Source: an uncultured Acidobacteriota bacterium
GTDB lineage: Bacteria > Acidobacteriota > Blastocatellia > RBC074
NCBI GenBank assembly: GCA_963796275.1
Contig: CAWCKY010000004.1
Span: 224,001 to 288,000, forward strand
Direction: 5' to 3'
DNA length: 64,000 nt
Shown here piece after piece: positions 1-13,435 of the stretch. Below the pieces are notes generated by a model. It was given only the letters and a program-made list of their open reading frames with translations. It had not been told where the DNA came from and searched no databases. Within the stretch, counting starts at the first letter, position 1. Each line of letters opens with the position of its first letter. The position numbers and the translations under genes are program-made.

Positions 1-152
1 TCCACCCCTGGCTGTTTTATTGGCGCCCCTTTGGGGCTTAGGAGCCAGCCTGATCCTTTATCTTGATGCGTATGACCTATGTATCTGCCCCGGAGAGGGG
101 CCACCGTGGACCCGGGGCATACACACTGGTGACATATAGGTCTGCCCCTACG
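1..152. repeat. REP-like palindromic elements (partial, window edge)
   Basis: GCCCCTTTGGGGC hairpin near 26-38; imperfect inverted pair GACCTATGTATCTGCCCCG...CGGGGCATACAC...AGGTCTGCCCCTAC (reverse complement starts GTAGGGGCAGACCT, GTAG-type REP). Confidence 0.45.
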
Positions 153-404
153 TGGTTGCTTTATTTTTTTCAAAGAACATCGACGCCAGGTAGATATAGC
201 AAGAGCGTTGCGTCTCATAGCGACGGTGAATTGTGGCCAATGTGTGATAGATGCCGGTGCCGGTATTGAAACGCAGTGTTGAAACGCCGGCCTAACTTAT
301 CCTGGGGCTACGCGGCAATTCGGCATGGGAGTTAAACGACCATGCTGAATGTCAATAAATTCTATTGTTTTTTGTTTTTACCTCGTTCCATCGAGTAACG
401 TGCA

Positions 405-3400
405 ATGTTAGTGACGAATAACCCGGCTCCCGCCGAAGATCATATCTCCCAGATAACAGCATTGCAGTTGCTGCAAAATCTCGGATACGTGTATCTGCGC
501 TCGCATGAGGTATATCAGGAAAGGAAATGGGACCGGTCAAATGTCCTGCTCGAAGGTATACTCGAACAGCAATTGCGGCGACTCAACCGTATTAAGTATA
601 GAGGTGAAATACACGAATTCTCGGAGAGAAACATTCAGGCCGCAATTGATACCATCAGGGATGTTCCATTCGATGGACTCATACACACTAACGAGAAGAT
701 ATATGACCTGATCAACCTCGGCAAAAGTTTTGAACAAACAATCGGCGGAGCCGCGAGGAGCTTCACGCTGAATTACATCGACTGGGATAATCCTGCAAAT
801 AATGCTTTTCACGTCGCCGAAGAGTTCGAGATCGAGCGCGCTGGCAGCCGCCAGATATGCCGAGCAGGCATCGTAATTTTCGTGAACGGCATACCGTTTG
901 TTGTGATCGAATGCAAACATCCTGATGAGAAAGATTCGCTGAATGCGGCCATCTCCCGCCACCTGCGCAATCAGGATAACGAAAATATCCCACGGCTTTT
1001 TCTCTACTCTCAGCTTCTGCTGGCAGTAAGCAACGACGAGGCGAAATACGGGACGACCGGGACTCTGAAAGAGAGCTGGTCGCATTGGCATGAGAAGGCA
1101 GACGATATCTATAAAATCGATAAAGTCGATCATCTTATCAACAGATCGCTCACCAGAGAGCAGAAGGATAAACTCTTTTCGGACCGTTACGCCTATGCCA
1201 GGCGATATTTCGATAATCTCGATCTGGAAGAGAGAGGAGTGAACGAGCAGGACAGAGCGATTTACAATCTCTGCCGCCCCGAACGCCTGATTGAATTGAC
1301 ACGTCAGTTCGTAGTATTCGATGCTGGGGAAAAGAAGCTGGCCCGCTACCAGCAATATTTTGCGGTCAAGAACACATTGATGAGAATCAAGCGGGTAGGC
1401 GCTGAGGGGAAGAGGACGGGCGGTGTAATCTGGCATACTCAGGGTTCGGGCAAAACTCTTACTATGGCGATGCTGGCGAAGGCGATTGTCAGCGAGCGCG
1501 CGATCGCCGATCCGCGCATAGTGCTGGTGACTGACAGCATTGCCCTCGACGATCAAATCCGGGGAACGTTTCAAAACATCGGAGTGGAACCCGTTCACGC
1601 TAAGACTGGCAGGCAGCTGCTCGAACTGCTCGCCAGCGACAACGCGGCCGTTATCATGACCGTGATCGACAAATTCGAGTCGGCGATCAGGGCGCAAGGC
1701 TATCAAAATCCGGCGAACAACATTTTCGTGCTGATCGATGAAAGCAATCGTATCCAATACGGAGATACGTATGCGAAAATGCAAAAGCTGTTACCCAATG
1801 CCTGCTTCATTGGATTCACAGGGACTCCTCTAACAAAACGGGACAAGGATACAGCCGCGAAGTTCGGCGGCATCATCGACGTCTATTCGATCGATCAGGC
1901 AGTAAAAGATAGAACTATTGTTCCGTTACTTTACGAATGGCGAAACATACAGCACGGGAATGAACCGAGTATTTACAGGACCGCCTGGGACATCAGCGAA
2001 CACTTCAGTAAAAACTGGCTGGGAACTCCGTTCAAGGCCCAACTGCTCGCGGATTCAAAGCTCTCCGCCTTGAAATTCAAAAAGTATCTGGACGAGTTCG
2101 GAAAGGTAAGCTCTGAGGTTTTGATCTCAAGCCCCACCACGCGCGAAGGTGATGAGTCTCTCGAGCACGAGGGCGAAGAAATTCAGGCCTTCTGGCAACG
2201 AATGATGGAGAAGTACGGCAGCGAGAAGGAATATAACCGTTCTCTGATCAATGCCTTCAAGCACGGGGAGAAGCCTGAAATAATGATAGTGGTCGATAAG
2301 CTGCTCACTGAATTCGACGAACCTCGTAATACTGTGCTTTACATAGCGCGCAGCCTGAAAGAAAACGCATTGCTACAGGCTCTGGCGCGCGTGAACCGGA
2401 TTCCATGAAGGCAAGGACTTCGGTTATATCATCGATTACTATGGCGATCTGGGCGAATTGAAGGCAGCGGCGGGCACCTCGGAATACGAGCAGGAAGACT
2501 TGATTGGCGTGTTGGTAGACATCAGTGATGAAGCGGCGCGACTATCTGAACGGCATGCAGAATTGTGGGATATTTTCAACAAGATCGATAACCCGCGAGA
2601 CGATGAATCGGTCGAACAATTTCTGGCTGATGAAGTCATGCGCGCAAGCTTTTATACGAAGTACTCGGCATTCAACCGCACGATGGGCGTGGCCGTCTCG
2701 AGCGTGAAATTTATGAGCGAGACCCCGCCGGAATTGCTCGATCGATATCAGCGAGATTTGGTCAATTTTCAGAGTCTTCGCGTAAAGGTGAAGCGGCGTT
2801 ACGCCGACCAGATCGATTGCGGCGAATTTGAGTCCAGGGTGCAGAAGCTCATCGGGACATCTGCAGATTCGAGCGAAGGGCTGCAAATTCTCCCTCTGAT
2901 AAATATCTTCGAGATAGAAAAATTCAATTCAGAGCTTGAAAACCTGGCGGCGGAAGCTGCCAAAGCCGACACAATCGCCTACCGTACGAAAAAGACGATT
3001 GTCGAGAAGATTGGTGAAGACGAGAATTTCTATCGCCGCTGCTCGAAGAGCCTCGATGAGTTGATTGAGGGATGGCGTGATAAGCGCATCTCGGACGCCG
3101 ATTATTTAAATACGGCGATTGGTATAATGAATTCGGTGAGAGACCGCACAGGTCATAATATTCCGGATGAATTGCAAAATAGCGGTCAAGCCAGTGCGTT
3201 CTTCGGCATAATCAACGATGCGCTCGCCCGGTACTCGCTCCCGGAGAATGTTTCGGTTAGGGCCGCTCTAAAGATAGACAAAATCATTCAGGAAAACATA
3301 GTCGTTAATTGGACTGCGAACCAGGACGTGCAGAATCAGATGAAAAATCAGATAGAGGATTATCTCTATGCGATGAAAGAATTTCACGGCATCGGTCTCA

Positions 3401-3468
3401 GGCCTGACGAGATGGATATTATTTTAGATAGGGCAATAGAGATAGCAAAAACCAGATACTCACAATAA
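405..3468 (+). pseudogene. hsdR: Type I restriction enzyme R subunit, degenerate, split by a +1 frameshift near 2402 (ORFs 405-2408 and 2458-3468)
   Basis: FVNGIPFVVIECK, WHTQGSGKT, GFTGTP and LLQALARVNR motifs. Removing one base from ATTCCAT restores VNRIHEGKDFGYIIDYYG into the downstream frame. Several conserved residues are altered (see findings). Confidence 0.85.
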
Positions 3469-3704
3469 AAAGGATGAGACAGAGAGTTCTTTGTTATCTC
3501 AACTCCGGGCGAAATCAGCCTTACCATCCCGCTTTAATTTGGCAGGCAAAATCGAAACAATGAAGATTGGTGCGGTACAGGGCCCTAAGCAGCGTAAGCG
3601 ACAATGAGCCTTGTTATTTTCACGCCCGAAGTCGCAGGACGCCGGCGCGTCTCTGAAATCTCGAGGAAAAATCCGCAAAAAAAGAGGGAAGCTGGTAGGA
3701 AACT

Positions 3705-3729
3705 AAAAAGGCGTCTCAAAGTGACGCCT
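3705..3729 (-). terminator. Intrinsic terminator downstream of tRNA-Thr
   Basis: Minus strand AGGCGTC-ACTTTGA-GACGCCT followed by TTTT, about 20 nt past the tRNA CCA end. Confidence 0.6.
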
Positions 3730-3750
3730 GCAGATCAATCAATGATTTGA

Positions 3751-3829
<79 letters not shown>

Positions 3830-3906
3830 ATGCACTTAATGCAATATTTATGCGACACAACGCTGTGTCAAACAACTTACTTTGTATGACAGTAGTGTGG
3901 CAGTGT

Positions 3907-4104
3907 TCAAAAATCAGGCGAAAGAATGCTTTCGAATCTAATCGCAGTCTGAGTCTGCATATTAGGCAACACGTGAGAATAAATTTCAAGAGTCAAAGTG
4001 ACTGTTGAATGTCTTAAACGCTCGTTGACTACTTTAGGATTCTCGTCAGCGAGCAAGAGCAAGGTTGCGTGCGTATGTCGCAGATCGTAAAGAGAGAGTG
4101 TCAT
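3907..4104 (-). pseudogene. Tyrosine recombinase/integrase C-terminal remnant
   Basis: LYDLRHTHATLLL...KVVNERLRHS...TLEIYSHVLP matches the box II and catalytic Tyr region; only 65 aa remain. Confidence 0.85.
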
Positions 4105-4482
4105 AAAGATTGTGTGTAGAAATATCTGACACCCTTAGCGCAAGTGCACCAATCAACGAGAATGAAGCTGAGCATCGAAGTGTTGCCTTAGCTGTACATT
4201 CAACAAGATAATCCACACGCCATATTCTTTGATATTCTGTCTTCTCTATCGATTAACCAGCTACAGTTAAAATACCTCTCGGCAGCAGAGCGACCGCCGT
4301 GGATATATGATTAGGTAGCTGGTTAATGCTTATTAGATTCTGAATAGGTTCTCACATCTTGATTTGAATCTGACTGAAGATTAAAATGATTGCCTGTCTT
4401 CACCCCGCAATCCAGCATTTTGCTTTAGTGAATGCTTACAACCTCAACAATAGCAGTATTTGACAATTAAATGGAGGCTTGT

Positions 4483-5049
4483 ATGACAATGTTTAGCCGT
4501 GCACTGTTTCTACTTTGTCTATCAATCTTCACGCTAGCTCCAGTTTCACAAACTCCAAGAACCTATAAGATTCACGATCTTGAAAATATTCAGACAGTTT
4601 TAAAGGAAGTAATAGAAATCCAGAATATCGAGAAGCTTCAATCTGATAAGTTTCCTGAAGATTTTGAAATAGAAGTCAAAAACATATCGAAGAAGCCAAT
4701 CTACTTTGTTGACATAGTGGTTATCTTTCGCGGGCCAGCTTTAATAGGATCAATCCCTATTGGATTCAGAGTAGGTTTTGGTGACGGGAAGCTTATAGAC
4801 ATCGATAATCGTCCAGGTCCAACAGATATTCCAATCAACCCTGGTGAGACAGGTATACTGAAGCCTTATCCTGCGAACGTGAATAGCGTTCGCAAGTTTT
4901 TAGAAAACAGACTAGGCAGCGATAATGTCGAGAATGCGTTGAGTAGTGTCGCTCTATCATTCCAAGTAATCAGTTTTGGAGATGGAACTGGATACATTGC
5001 AGGACAGGCATATCCATCGAAAAAGGGATCACAAGGCTTCACCAGATAG
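4483..5049 (+). CDS. Hypothetical exported protein (AT-rich)
   Basis: GGAGG RBS before ATG 4483; hydrophobic N-terminal signal-like segment; no family recognised. Confidence 0.7.
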   Translation: MTMFSRALFLLCLSIFTLAPVSQTPRTYKIHDLENIQTVLKEVIEIQNIEKLQSDKFPEDFEIEVKNISKKPIYFVDIVVIFRGPALIGSIPIGFRVGFGDGKLIDIDNRPGPTDIPINPGETGILKPYPANVNSVRKFLENRLGSDNVENALSSVALSFQVISFGDGTGYIAGQAYPSKKGSQGFTR

Positions 5050-5166
5050 TGAAATTTCATGAAATTAGCCTGTTGATGACGTTTTAAGTGTCGAACCCTG
5101 AAGTCAATAATATTTATAAAAAAGCGTCGCATCATCGCGATTGCGTGTATCTTGCTGCCGACTGAT

Positions 5167-8044
5167 TTATTTATTGCTCTTGTATCTACGCAATTTCGGA
5201 TAGCAGGCGCCGAATACCAGAATCGCCATACCAATACCCGAATAAATTGCCCCTCTGCGAAAACTGGGCGCTTCATATACAAATGATATTGAATGTTCTC
5301 CCGGAGGTACCATGAGTCCACGCAGAGTGTGATCTACACGGTATAATGGCCTCTTAACACCGTCCACCTGCGCAATCCAGCCGGGGTAATAGACTTCGCT
5401 CAAAACAAGGAATCCGGGTTTTTGATTGCGCGTTCTCACCTCAATTCTCTGAGATTCGTATCTTGTGACCGCCACATCTGAATCGATCCTGCCGATGGAA
5501 GAAAAAAGATCGGTCTCCTCCGGACTGAAGCCCTCCTTCTCTATCAGTGCGGTCTCTGCTGGATCGAATTGTTGTCCATCGCGCGTTTTTCCTTGCCTGA
5601 TTGTTTGCAGTATTTCGTCACCAGGTATCGCCAACATCTTATTAACGAACCATGCCCTCGGCATCGCTTTTATATTCTGATAAATATCTACCTCGCCGAA
5701 ATTCATAAGCTTTTGCCATCGCTCCGGCGGTAGGTTTACTGTATCCAAGGAAATGGACAACCCGATTTTGGCATCAAATAAGGATGCTCCCCTTATTTGA
5801 ATCATCGCATCCGGTCTGAGATAGTCCATCTCGACCCGAACTATCTCCGTTCTATCAAATGGAAGCCTCGCCAGATAGTTATGGCCTTGAAATCCGCCCA
5901 TCTCGTCACTTACGAACCAGCTCTCGGCCAAACGCGCGCGCGCGTGCTTGATCCGGGCATTCACATCCGGACGATCAAATGCCCATTCAGACGAATCGCG
6001 CCCGGCCTGCAACTCGCGCTCAAATACTTTCCCATCTTTCGTGTGAAGCTTAAATTTTACGATAGGTGTGCCATCGTCAATGTGAACCGAGTCAATCAAA
6101 CCTGAAACTATTGCCAATTCCGTGGCAGTAGTTTCTTTCACACCCATCTCGTGATGATCGCCCGGCTTCAGAAACAGATCGATCGGTATTAGGCGGAACC
6201 GCACTCCATCATAGACCCTGCCCTTCCCTGCTTCCAGAGGCACCCCACGATCCGTAAATAGATATTTAATATTGAACAGATTGAGACCTTGATCTGTCAT
6301 ATTAAAAACGCCGGTCTGTTGTATTACGCCAAGCTGGCTGATTTCACCCATCACCTCCGCGGGACGCCTCAGCTGCAACATCTCACAGCCAGCTGCGCTC
6401 TGTAACCCTCGGGCGATCGAGTTATTCGGGTGATTTAGCAAATCATAATTCCCAGCGAAGGGCTCCGCGGTGTAGGTCAGGACTCGAAATGAATTCAGGT
6501 CCGCCTCGCGAGTTTTGATATATTTCACAGTCGGGGGGTCCCCGAGTCGGTCAGCCACGCTGAAGGTGTAACTGCGCCAGTCCAGAAAATGTCCATAAGA
6601 CGCGAGATCGGCCAGTAGAACCGATACGAGAAGTGCGGCGGAACTCAATGTGCGGCGCCGCGCATAATTCCACAATACGACAACACTCAAGGAGAAGAAT
6701 ATAAGCGGAACTAAAATCTCCGGATTTGTTATTGAATAGCCTTGCGCGGGCCGGGGAGTAGCGGTTTCAAAATACCGCAAGCCGAAAATATAGATTGATG
6801 ATGTTATAACCACGAAGATTATCATCGCCGCCACGCCAGCCCTGAATGCCCTGCTTGCCTGTTTTAAATCACTCTGTCCCAAGTAATTCACTCCCATACC
6901 GGCAAGGACGGCCAAGGCAAAGGTGAATTCAACCATATGGCGAAATGATGCCCGAAACAGATTATAAACAGGTATCTGATATAACAATTTGTTCAGTCCG
7001 AATGGCAGGAAAGATCCGATGGAGAGCGTAAACGAGAGGATGACAACACCTACCCAAAACCATAGTAACGATTGCTTACGTAACCCGGCCACTGCCACAA
7101 TTGCGAGCAATAAAGCCAGCATCCCGACATAACCACAGGTAACATAGATACCCACATCCCCCCAGTATGAAATATGATAAGGAGATACTTGACCCACCCC
7201 CATAAAAGTATGGGAATACCAGGGCCGGAAGCTGAGGCAGCGGAAAGGAGTACTCCGCAAAATGCTCGTAATCGAGTTTCGCTCGCCCCCCCAACAGTTG
7301 CAATTCCCGCAGCGGTAGCAACTGGACAGCTGAGAGCAGGGCGCCGCATATGGCCATAACAGATACACCAAGTACAAACCTACTCCGTGGTTGCTGTCTA
7401 TCTCGCATCAGTGCTGAGAAGAGGAAATAGGCACCGCCCACCAACACCGTATACCACGTTATCTGCGGCACTCCGGCGAAAAATTGCAATGCTATGAAGA
7501 TAGCTCCCAATACTACCCAGCGCCACGAAAACCTTTTGTACAACTTTTCAGTCGCTAACAAGATCCACGGCATCCACGCGGCTGCAGCGATGGTGGATGC
7601 CTGCCCCATCGCCGACACAATGAACCCGCCGAAGGTAAACGCCACGCCGGTAACAATCGCGCCGGCTCGATTTATCCCGATAGCCCGGGCATAGCGATAA
7701 GCGCCGGCGAGCGCTATTTGATAGGTCGTGATTACTACGATGTTTACTGCGACGCCGGGCGGGAGTAACCCGAACAACCAGTTGGGCGGGTAGAGTGCGC
7801 CGGTATAGATTTCAGCCAACAACGGCATACCGCCGAATATATGGGGGTTCCATAACGGAAATACTCCTTGCGCAATTGACTGACCCAACGCGATGTGTAG
7901 GCCGAGGAGGTCCGTCCATCCATCGCCCTGCACCAATGTCACAGTGCCCAGGACCGCAGGATACAGATAGATCAACGGCAGAAGAATAATAATCAGTGTG
8001 GAAAGATTACGCCCGGAAAGAAGGCGAGGTATCGTTGGCGCCAT
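5167..8044 (-). CDS. YfhO-like multi-TM membrane glycosyltransferase, split by a frameshift near 7190
   Basis: PLWNPHIFGGMPLLA N-terminal motif and LVLSEVYYPGWIAQVDG C-terminal motif. The frames join as ...FYGGGS(V)SPYHISYWG if one base is removed. Confidence 0.8.
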
Positions 8045-8165
8045 AATTTTACGAATTAAATCCAGTCAAGTAAGTTTTAGGATTGCTCAGGGCCGCCACA
8101 TTACTTCCCGATGAGGGGTAGAAGAAATATATTTCGAAATGACAAATGCGGGAGTATTGCCCAAT

Positions 8166-10004
8166 TCAGTCGGCTATCGTCCTGCTCAATTCACGCGCCT
8201 GTTCTTTGTACTGCAGCATATAGAGTTTGTAATATATTCCGCGATTCGCAAGCAGCTCCTGATGGTTTCCCATCTCGCGGATCTTCCCCTTATGAAGGAC
8301 GATAATATTGTCTACCCTTTGAATTGTCGATAGACGGTGCGCGATTATGATTGATGTTCTCCCCGCCATCACCCTTTCGATCGCCCCTTGAATCAGCTGC
8401 TCGGTCTCCGTATCGATACTCGATGTCGCCTCGTCCAGGACCAGGATGCGCGGATCGAAGGCCAGAGCGCGGGCGAACGAAATCAACTGTTTCTGTCCCA
8501 CCGAAAATCCGGCTCCGCGTTCTCTCACCTTCGTCCGATATCCCTCCGGCAACTGCTCGATGAAGTTACTCGCATGGACTTCGCCCGCTCCCCATTCAAT
8601 CCGATCGTCGGCTATCGTCCTGTTCCCCAAACGAATATTGCTCGCTATATCGCCCGAGAACAAGAATACATCCTGCAGAACGACGGCGAAGTTCTCGCGC
8701 AGTTTTCGCAGATCCCACAGGCGAATATCGAGACCGTCGAGCAATATTTGACCGCGTTGAATCTCGTAAAAACGCATCAGCAGGCTCGTGATCGTGGTTT
8801 TCCCCGAGCCCGTATGACCGACCAGTGCGACCGATTCACCCGGTTCAACAGTAAACGAAACATCTTTCAGTACCCAGTCTTCATCCTGATAAGCAAACCA
8901 GACGTTGCGGAATTCGATTCTACCAAGCGCGCGCGCTCCGGTGACGGGAAGTTGCGGGACCGCCGGCGACTCGATCTTATCCGGTGTGTCGAGCAATCTG
9001 AAAATACGCTCGCTCGCGACCACGGCGGCCTGGAAGATATTGAACTTGTCGCTGATGTCCTGAATCGGTTGCCATAACCTCTGCGTGTACTGAAGGAAAG
9101 CCACGAGCGTGCCCACGGTGATGGCGTTTTGAATCACCTGCCCGCCCCCGTACCAGACGATCGCCGCGATCCCGATGGCCGATATCAGGTTCACTAACGG
9201 ATAGAAGACCGCGTAATAAAAGATCGTATCGATATTGGCCTGTCGATATGAGGCATTGATCTCCGAGAATTGATTGAACGCTTTCTCTTCGCGATTGAAG
9301 AGCTGCACCGTCTGAGCGCCGGAGATGTGTTCCTGTGTGAAGGCGTTCAATCGGGCGATCTTAGTCCGCACCTGTCTGAATCCTTCGCGCGCGCCTCGCC
9401 GAAACCATGCGGTCGCCGCAATCAGCAACGGCACGACCAACAGCGAAACGATGGCGAGTCTCCAGTTGAAGTAGAACATCATTCCCAGAGCACCCGCGAT
9501 CAGCACTATGTCGCCGAGCACTTCGACCATGCCCGAGGTGAATAGCTCGTTGAGCGAGTCGACATCGGTGGTCAGCCTGGTAACCAAACGCCCGACGGGA
9601 TTCTTATCATAGAATGCCAGTTCTACAGTCTGCAGTTTGTCGAATATCTGATCTCTGAGGTCGAACATCACGCGCTGACCGATCGTGTTGAGCAGCACAT
9701 CCTGAAAATATCCGATGCAGAGCGTGACGAGCAATGAAATGAAGTAAACGGCAGCAAGCAGCGTGATTCCATGGAACGCGTCATCGAATCGCATCGCGCC
9801 GTCAGTCGCCGGAGTCACATAATCGTCGATCGCCCACTTGGTCAGCAACGGGCCGACCTGCCGCACGAGGTTCACTACGATGGTCAAGCCCAAAGCTATG
9901 AGGACCAGGTGCTTGTAAGGCGCGAGGTAGCGGGTGAGCCGCCGCGCGGTTCTCGTATCGTAGGGTTTACCCAGTTGTTCTTCTTCGTGGTGATCGGATG
10001 CCAT
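8166..10004 (-). CDS. ABC exporter TMD-NBD, second subunit (MdlB/YheH-like)
   Basis: [31 protein letters not shown]; start placed at MASDHH after the intergenic repeat. Confidence 0.93.
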   Translation of the reverse strand: MASDHHEEEQLGKPYDTRTARRLTRYLAPYKHLVLIALGLTIVVNLVRQVGPLLTKWAIDDYVTPATDGAMRFDDAFHGITLLAAVYFISLLVTLCIGYFQDVLLNTIGQRVMFDLRDQIFDKLQTVELAFYDKNPVGRLVTRLTTDVDSLNELFTSGMVEVLGDIVLIAGALGMMFYFNWRLAIVSLLVVPLLIAATAWFRRGAREGFRQVRTKIARLNAFTQEHISGAQTVQLFNREEKAFNQFSEINASYRQANIDTIFYYAVFYPLVNLISAIGIAAIVWYGGGQVIQNAITVGTLVAFLQYTQRLWQPIQDISDKFNIFQAAVVASERIFRLLDTPDKIESPAVPQLPVTGARALGRIEFRNVWFAYQDEDWVLKDVSFTVEPGESVALVGHTGSGKTTITSLLMRFYEIQRGQILLDGLDIRLWDLRKLRENFAVVLQDVFLFSGDIASNIRLGNRTIADDRIEWGAGEVHASNFIEQLPEGYRTKVRERGAGFSVGQKQLISFARALAFDPRILVLDEATSSIDTETEQLIQGAIERVMAGRTSIIIAHRLSTIQRVDNIIVLHKGKIREMGNHQELLANRGIYYKLYMLQYKEQARELSRTIAD

Positions 10005-10010
10005 AGAGAT

Positions 10011-10093
10011 AATTGAGAATTGAGAATTGATAATTGATAATTCAGGTAAAGCCTGACAGCAATCTATCCTAACTATCAAATATCAATTCCCAT
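10011..10093. repeat. 7-nt-period (AATTGAG/AATTGAT) imperfect inverted-repeat spacer
   Basis: AATTGAGAATTGAGAATTGATAATTGATAATT...CTATCAAATATCAATT. Confidence 0.55.
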
Positions 10094-11907
10094 TAACTAG
10101 CCGCCAATTCCTCCTCCAACAATTGCCGCTCATATAAATCGGCATATGCTCCCTCCAGTAACATCAACTCATCGTGTGTCCCGCGTTCCACTATTCGGCC
10201 GTGGTCGAGGACACATATCAGATCTGCGTCTTTGACGGTTGAAATCCGATGCGCGACGATGAGCGTGGTGCGCGATCGCATAACCTCGCGCAGTCGCGCG
10301 AGAATCTTCTCTTCTGTGTAAGTGTCCACCGCGGACAGCGAATCATCGAGAATCAAAATTCTCGGGTCGCGCATGACCGCGCGCGCAATCGCCGTTCGCT
10401 GTTTCTGCCCGCCCGAGAGCGTTATCCCGCGCTCACCCAGAATCGTTTGATATTTTTTCGGAAAGTCTTTCACATCATCGGCGAGACCGGCGACCTCGGC
10501 GGCCCGTTCGATTTTCCATTCCCGCTCAACCCCATCGTGCGAATTATTGTTGACTCCGAAAGCGATGTTCTCAGCCAGCGTTTCACTAAAGAGAAATGTC
10601 TCCTGCGGCACATAGCCTATCTCCTCACGCAGTTGCTTCAGTGGAATATCGCGAATCGGTCTGTCATCGATAAATATCATGCCCGGGGCGGCATCGAGCA
10701 GCCGCGGTATCAGGTTCATCAACGTCGATTTGCCGGATCCGGTTCGGCCGATGAATGCGACCGCCTGTCCGGGCTCGATGACGAGGTCAATATCGCTCAA
10801 TACCGGCGCAGAGTCGGGAGCGAAAGCGAACGTCATATTGCGGAATTCGATCTTGCCTCTGATCCCCTCGACGAGGTCTCCCGATCGGTCGCGGTATTGC
10901 GCCGGCTTGACGATTGGCGAGTCGGCAATGGCCGGTTCAATCTCCAGAATCTGAAACATTCTTTTCAGACTCGCCGTGCCGCGCTGCACCATATTGGTGA
11001 CGTAACCCATCGCGATCAGCGGCCAGATCAATTGTTCGAGGTAAAGGTTGAATGCCGTAAATTGGCCGAGAGTGATCCGTCCCTGCGCTGTTTCCCTTCC
11101 GCCTATCAGCAGTATCGCGACGAAACCGAGGCCTATAAAAAACTGCAGGAGCGGGCGAAAGACTGCAGACAGCTTCACCAGACTGATGTTGCGGTCGACG
11201 TACTGCTGATTCAAACGAGCGAATTCCTCCCGTTCGGCATGCTCCTGCGCGTATGCGCGCACTACTCTAACTCCCGTCAGGTTCTCTTGTGCCCGCGCCG
11301 TGATATCTGCAAAGAACTCTTGAATTCTCTCGAAACGCACATGAATTTGATGGCCGAAGTATTTCACGGTCAGAGAGACGAACGGCATCGTCAGCAACAG
11401 AATCCAGGTGAGTTTGACGCTGATCTGGAACATGATCGGCAGAATGATCAACACCCGGAAAAGGGTCTGTTCGCTGTACATTATCGCCGGGCCGGCAATC
11501 TGACGCACCGCACCTAGATCGTTGGTCGCGCGCGCCATGAGGTCGCCCGTGCGGTGCCCCTGGAAGAACGCGAGTGGAAGTTTTTGCAGATGACCGTAAA
11601 AATCCTCGCGCAGATCGTATTCGATGTAGCGCGACATATTTATCAAGGTGCGCCGCTGAAGATAGAGGAATATGCCGCTGATAATGCTTGTGCCGAGAAT
11701 GATCAGGACCGATCGCAGAAGCTTCTCATAAGTCACACCGCTGGCCATCAGGTCGTCAATCGCGTGCCCCACGTAACGCGGGACGAAAACTCCGAAGACT
11801 ACTGAAATGAGCACAAAAAGTGTGCCAAAGATCAATCGCCAACGATACTTTTTGAAATAGTAGACCAGCCAGGCCAGGCTACTCTCGAATTTAATGTTCC
11901 TGCTCAA
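10093..11907 (-). CDS. ABC exporter TMD-NBD, first subunit (MdlA/YheI-like)
   Basis: [16 protein letters not shown], degenerate Walker [11 protein letters not shown] typical of heterodimeric exporters. Confidence 0.93.
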   Translation of the reverse strand: MSRNIKFESSLAWLVYYFKKYRWRLIFGTLFVLISVVFGVFVPRYVGHAIDDLMASGVTYEKLLRSVLIILGTSIISGIFLYLQRRTLINMSRYIEYDLREDFYGHLQKLPLAFFQGHRTGDLMARATNDLGAVRQIAGPAIMYSEQTLFRVLIILPIMFQISVKLTWILLLTMPFVSLTVKYFGHQIHVRFERIQEFFADITARAQENLTGVRVVRAYAQEHAEREEFARLNQQYVDRNISLVKLSAVFRPLLQFFIGLGFVAILLIGGRETAQGRITLGQFTAFNLYLEQLIWPLIAMGYVTNMVQRGTASLKRMFQILEIEPAIADSPIVKPAQYRDRSGDLVEGIRGKIEFRNMTFAFAPDSAPVLSDIDLVIEPGQAVAFIGRTGSGKSTLMNLIPRLLDAAPGMIFIDDRPIRDIPLKQLREEIGYVPQETFLFSETLAENIAFGVNNNSHDGVEREWKIERAAEVAGLADDVKDFPKKYQTILGERGITLSGGQKQRTAIARAVMRDPRILILDDSLSAVDTYTEEKILARLREVMRSRTTLIVAHRISTVKDADLICVLDHGRIVERGTHDELMLLEGAYADLYERQLLEEELAAS

Positions 11908-12022
11908 TGTTCAAACTCTATGAAGACATCAATGATCCCACCACCCGAATACGATTCTACTGATGATTCGCCGTCACCTCAACCTTGTGATCTGCTCGTG
12001 GCGCTTGTAGCCTGTTAATCTG

Positions 12023-12658
12023 ATGAATAAACTGACAATTTTTAATCACATCGTCGAAGAGGCCGCTACTTGTATCATTTGCGAACGACTACGCGAACGC
12101 AAGGCAGTGCTCAGCCACCTCAACGGCTCCATCAGTCCGCGAGTAATGTTCATCGCGGAAGCCCCGGGGCGAAATGGGGCCGACCGCACGCGCATCCCAT
12201 TCCACGGAGACACTTCGGGCGAAAACTTCGAAATATTACTCAAATCAGCCCAGCTCACACGCGATGAGATTTTTATCACCAACAGTGTTATGTGTAGCCC
12301 GCGAAAGGCCAGCGGGGCAAATGACAAGCCGAAGCGCACCGAGATTCGCAACTGTTCGGGCTTTCTGCGTCGGCTGATCGAGACCATCGACCCGCCGGTA
12401 ATCGCCACCCTTGGGGCCGTCGCGTTGGATTCGCTGAGGTTGATCGAGCCACACGATTATCGATTGCGCGAGCACGCGGCACAGGTATTGAAATGGTATG
12501 GTCGCGTGCTCGTTCCGCTCTATCACCCCAGCCCCCAGGTAATTATCACCGTTCGGCCATTGGAGCAGCAGAAGCGCGATTTTGGTGCGTTATTGGGAGC
12601 AATTGAATCAGTACCGCGAGCGGTAGCGAGCGACTCTCAACCAAAGATCGATCGATAG
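12023..12658 (+). CDS. Uracil-DNA glycosylase (family 4/5 type)
   Basis: CxxC, FIAEAPG, ITNSVMC, LYHPSP motifs. Confidence 0.88.
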   Translation: MNKLTIFNHIVEEAATCIICERLRERKAVLSHLNGSISPRVMFIAEAPGRNGADRTRIPFHGDTSGENFEILLKSAQLTRDEIFITNSVMCSPRKASGANDKPKRTEIRNCSGFLRRLIETIDPPVIATLGAVALDSLRLIEPHDYRLREHAAQVLKWYGRVLVPLYHPSPQVIITVRPLEQQKRDFGALLGAIESVPRAVASDSQPKIDR

Positions 12659-12690
12659 AGACTCGATCGCTACCGCTCGCGGCTCTACTG
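12610..12690. repeat. REP doublet (AGTACCGCGAGCGGTAGCGA family)
   Basis: CCGCGAGCGGTAGCGA...TCGCTACCGCTCGCGG inverted pair; the same family recurs at 32489-32610. Confidence 0.75.
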
Positions 12691-12775
12691 TAATCTTTTG
12701 CCACTAAAAATTCTTTTCAACGTTTAACGAACCAGCCGAGTAGTTATAGGTGAGCACGCGAGGAGGATTAAAACT

Positions 12776-13435
12776 GTGTCGGGCGATGTTATGAAGATCG
12801 CACTGATGGCTGATAAATTTGGATCGGTTGGCGAACCAGCGGATGAAGCCATATTGTCATTAATGGCACGCGCCCGGGCCGGCGATGCGGCGGCATTCGA
12901 TCAGATCATCGTCAGCCAGCAGCACAGGGTGATTGCGCTCGCGTGGCGGCTGCTGGGCAACCAGGACGACGCGCGCGATGCGGCGCAGGAAAGTTTCCTG
13001 CGAATTTATAAAAACCTCAACAAGTTCGACCCGACCAGGGATTTCTCCGGCTGGCTCTACCGTATCGTCGTCAACGTCTGCCATGACATCGCGCGCAAGC
13101 GCAACCGAATCGATAATGCCTCTCTCGAAGCCGAATTCGAGGCAGGTAAGCTCAGAGAACCCGCGAGCGCTCACGATACAGAAACCGCTGCGATGCTCTC
13201 GCAGGAGCAGGCGCTCATCGCTCGCGCCCTCGCGAGTTTGACCGAGAGAGAACGCGCGGCCATCGTGCTACGCGATTTCGAAGGTTTGTCGACCGAGGAA
13301 GTTGCGCGGATTTTAGGAACGAGGCCGGCGACTGTCAGATCGCAAATCTGTTCGGCGAGATCGAAGATCAAGGCATTCAGAGATCGCTGGCTGAAAAATA
13401 AGACGCGCAAAAGCGCGCAGCAAGACCCCATATGA
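12776..13435 (+). CDS. ECF RNA polymerase sigma factor (start uncertain, 12776-12806)
   Basis: DARDAAQESF, FSGWLYRI, and region 4 EGLSTEEVARILG...TVRSQI. Confidence 0.92.
   Translation: MSGDVMKIALMADKFGSVGEPADEAILSLMARARAGDAAAFDQIIVSQQHRVIALAWRLLGNQDDARDAAQESFLRIYKNLNKFDPTRDFSGWLYRIVVNVCHDIARKRNRIDNASLEAEFEAGKLREPASAHDTETAAMLSQEQALIARALASLTERERAAIVLRDFEGLSTEEVARILGTRPATVRSQICSARSKIKAFRDRWLKNKTRKSAQQDPI

Noticed and set aside
10249-11517. Long antisense ORFs over ABC, hsdR, sucC, hisF, ligase and similar genes
   Set aside because: Typical GC-rich shadow ORFs opposite well-supported genes.
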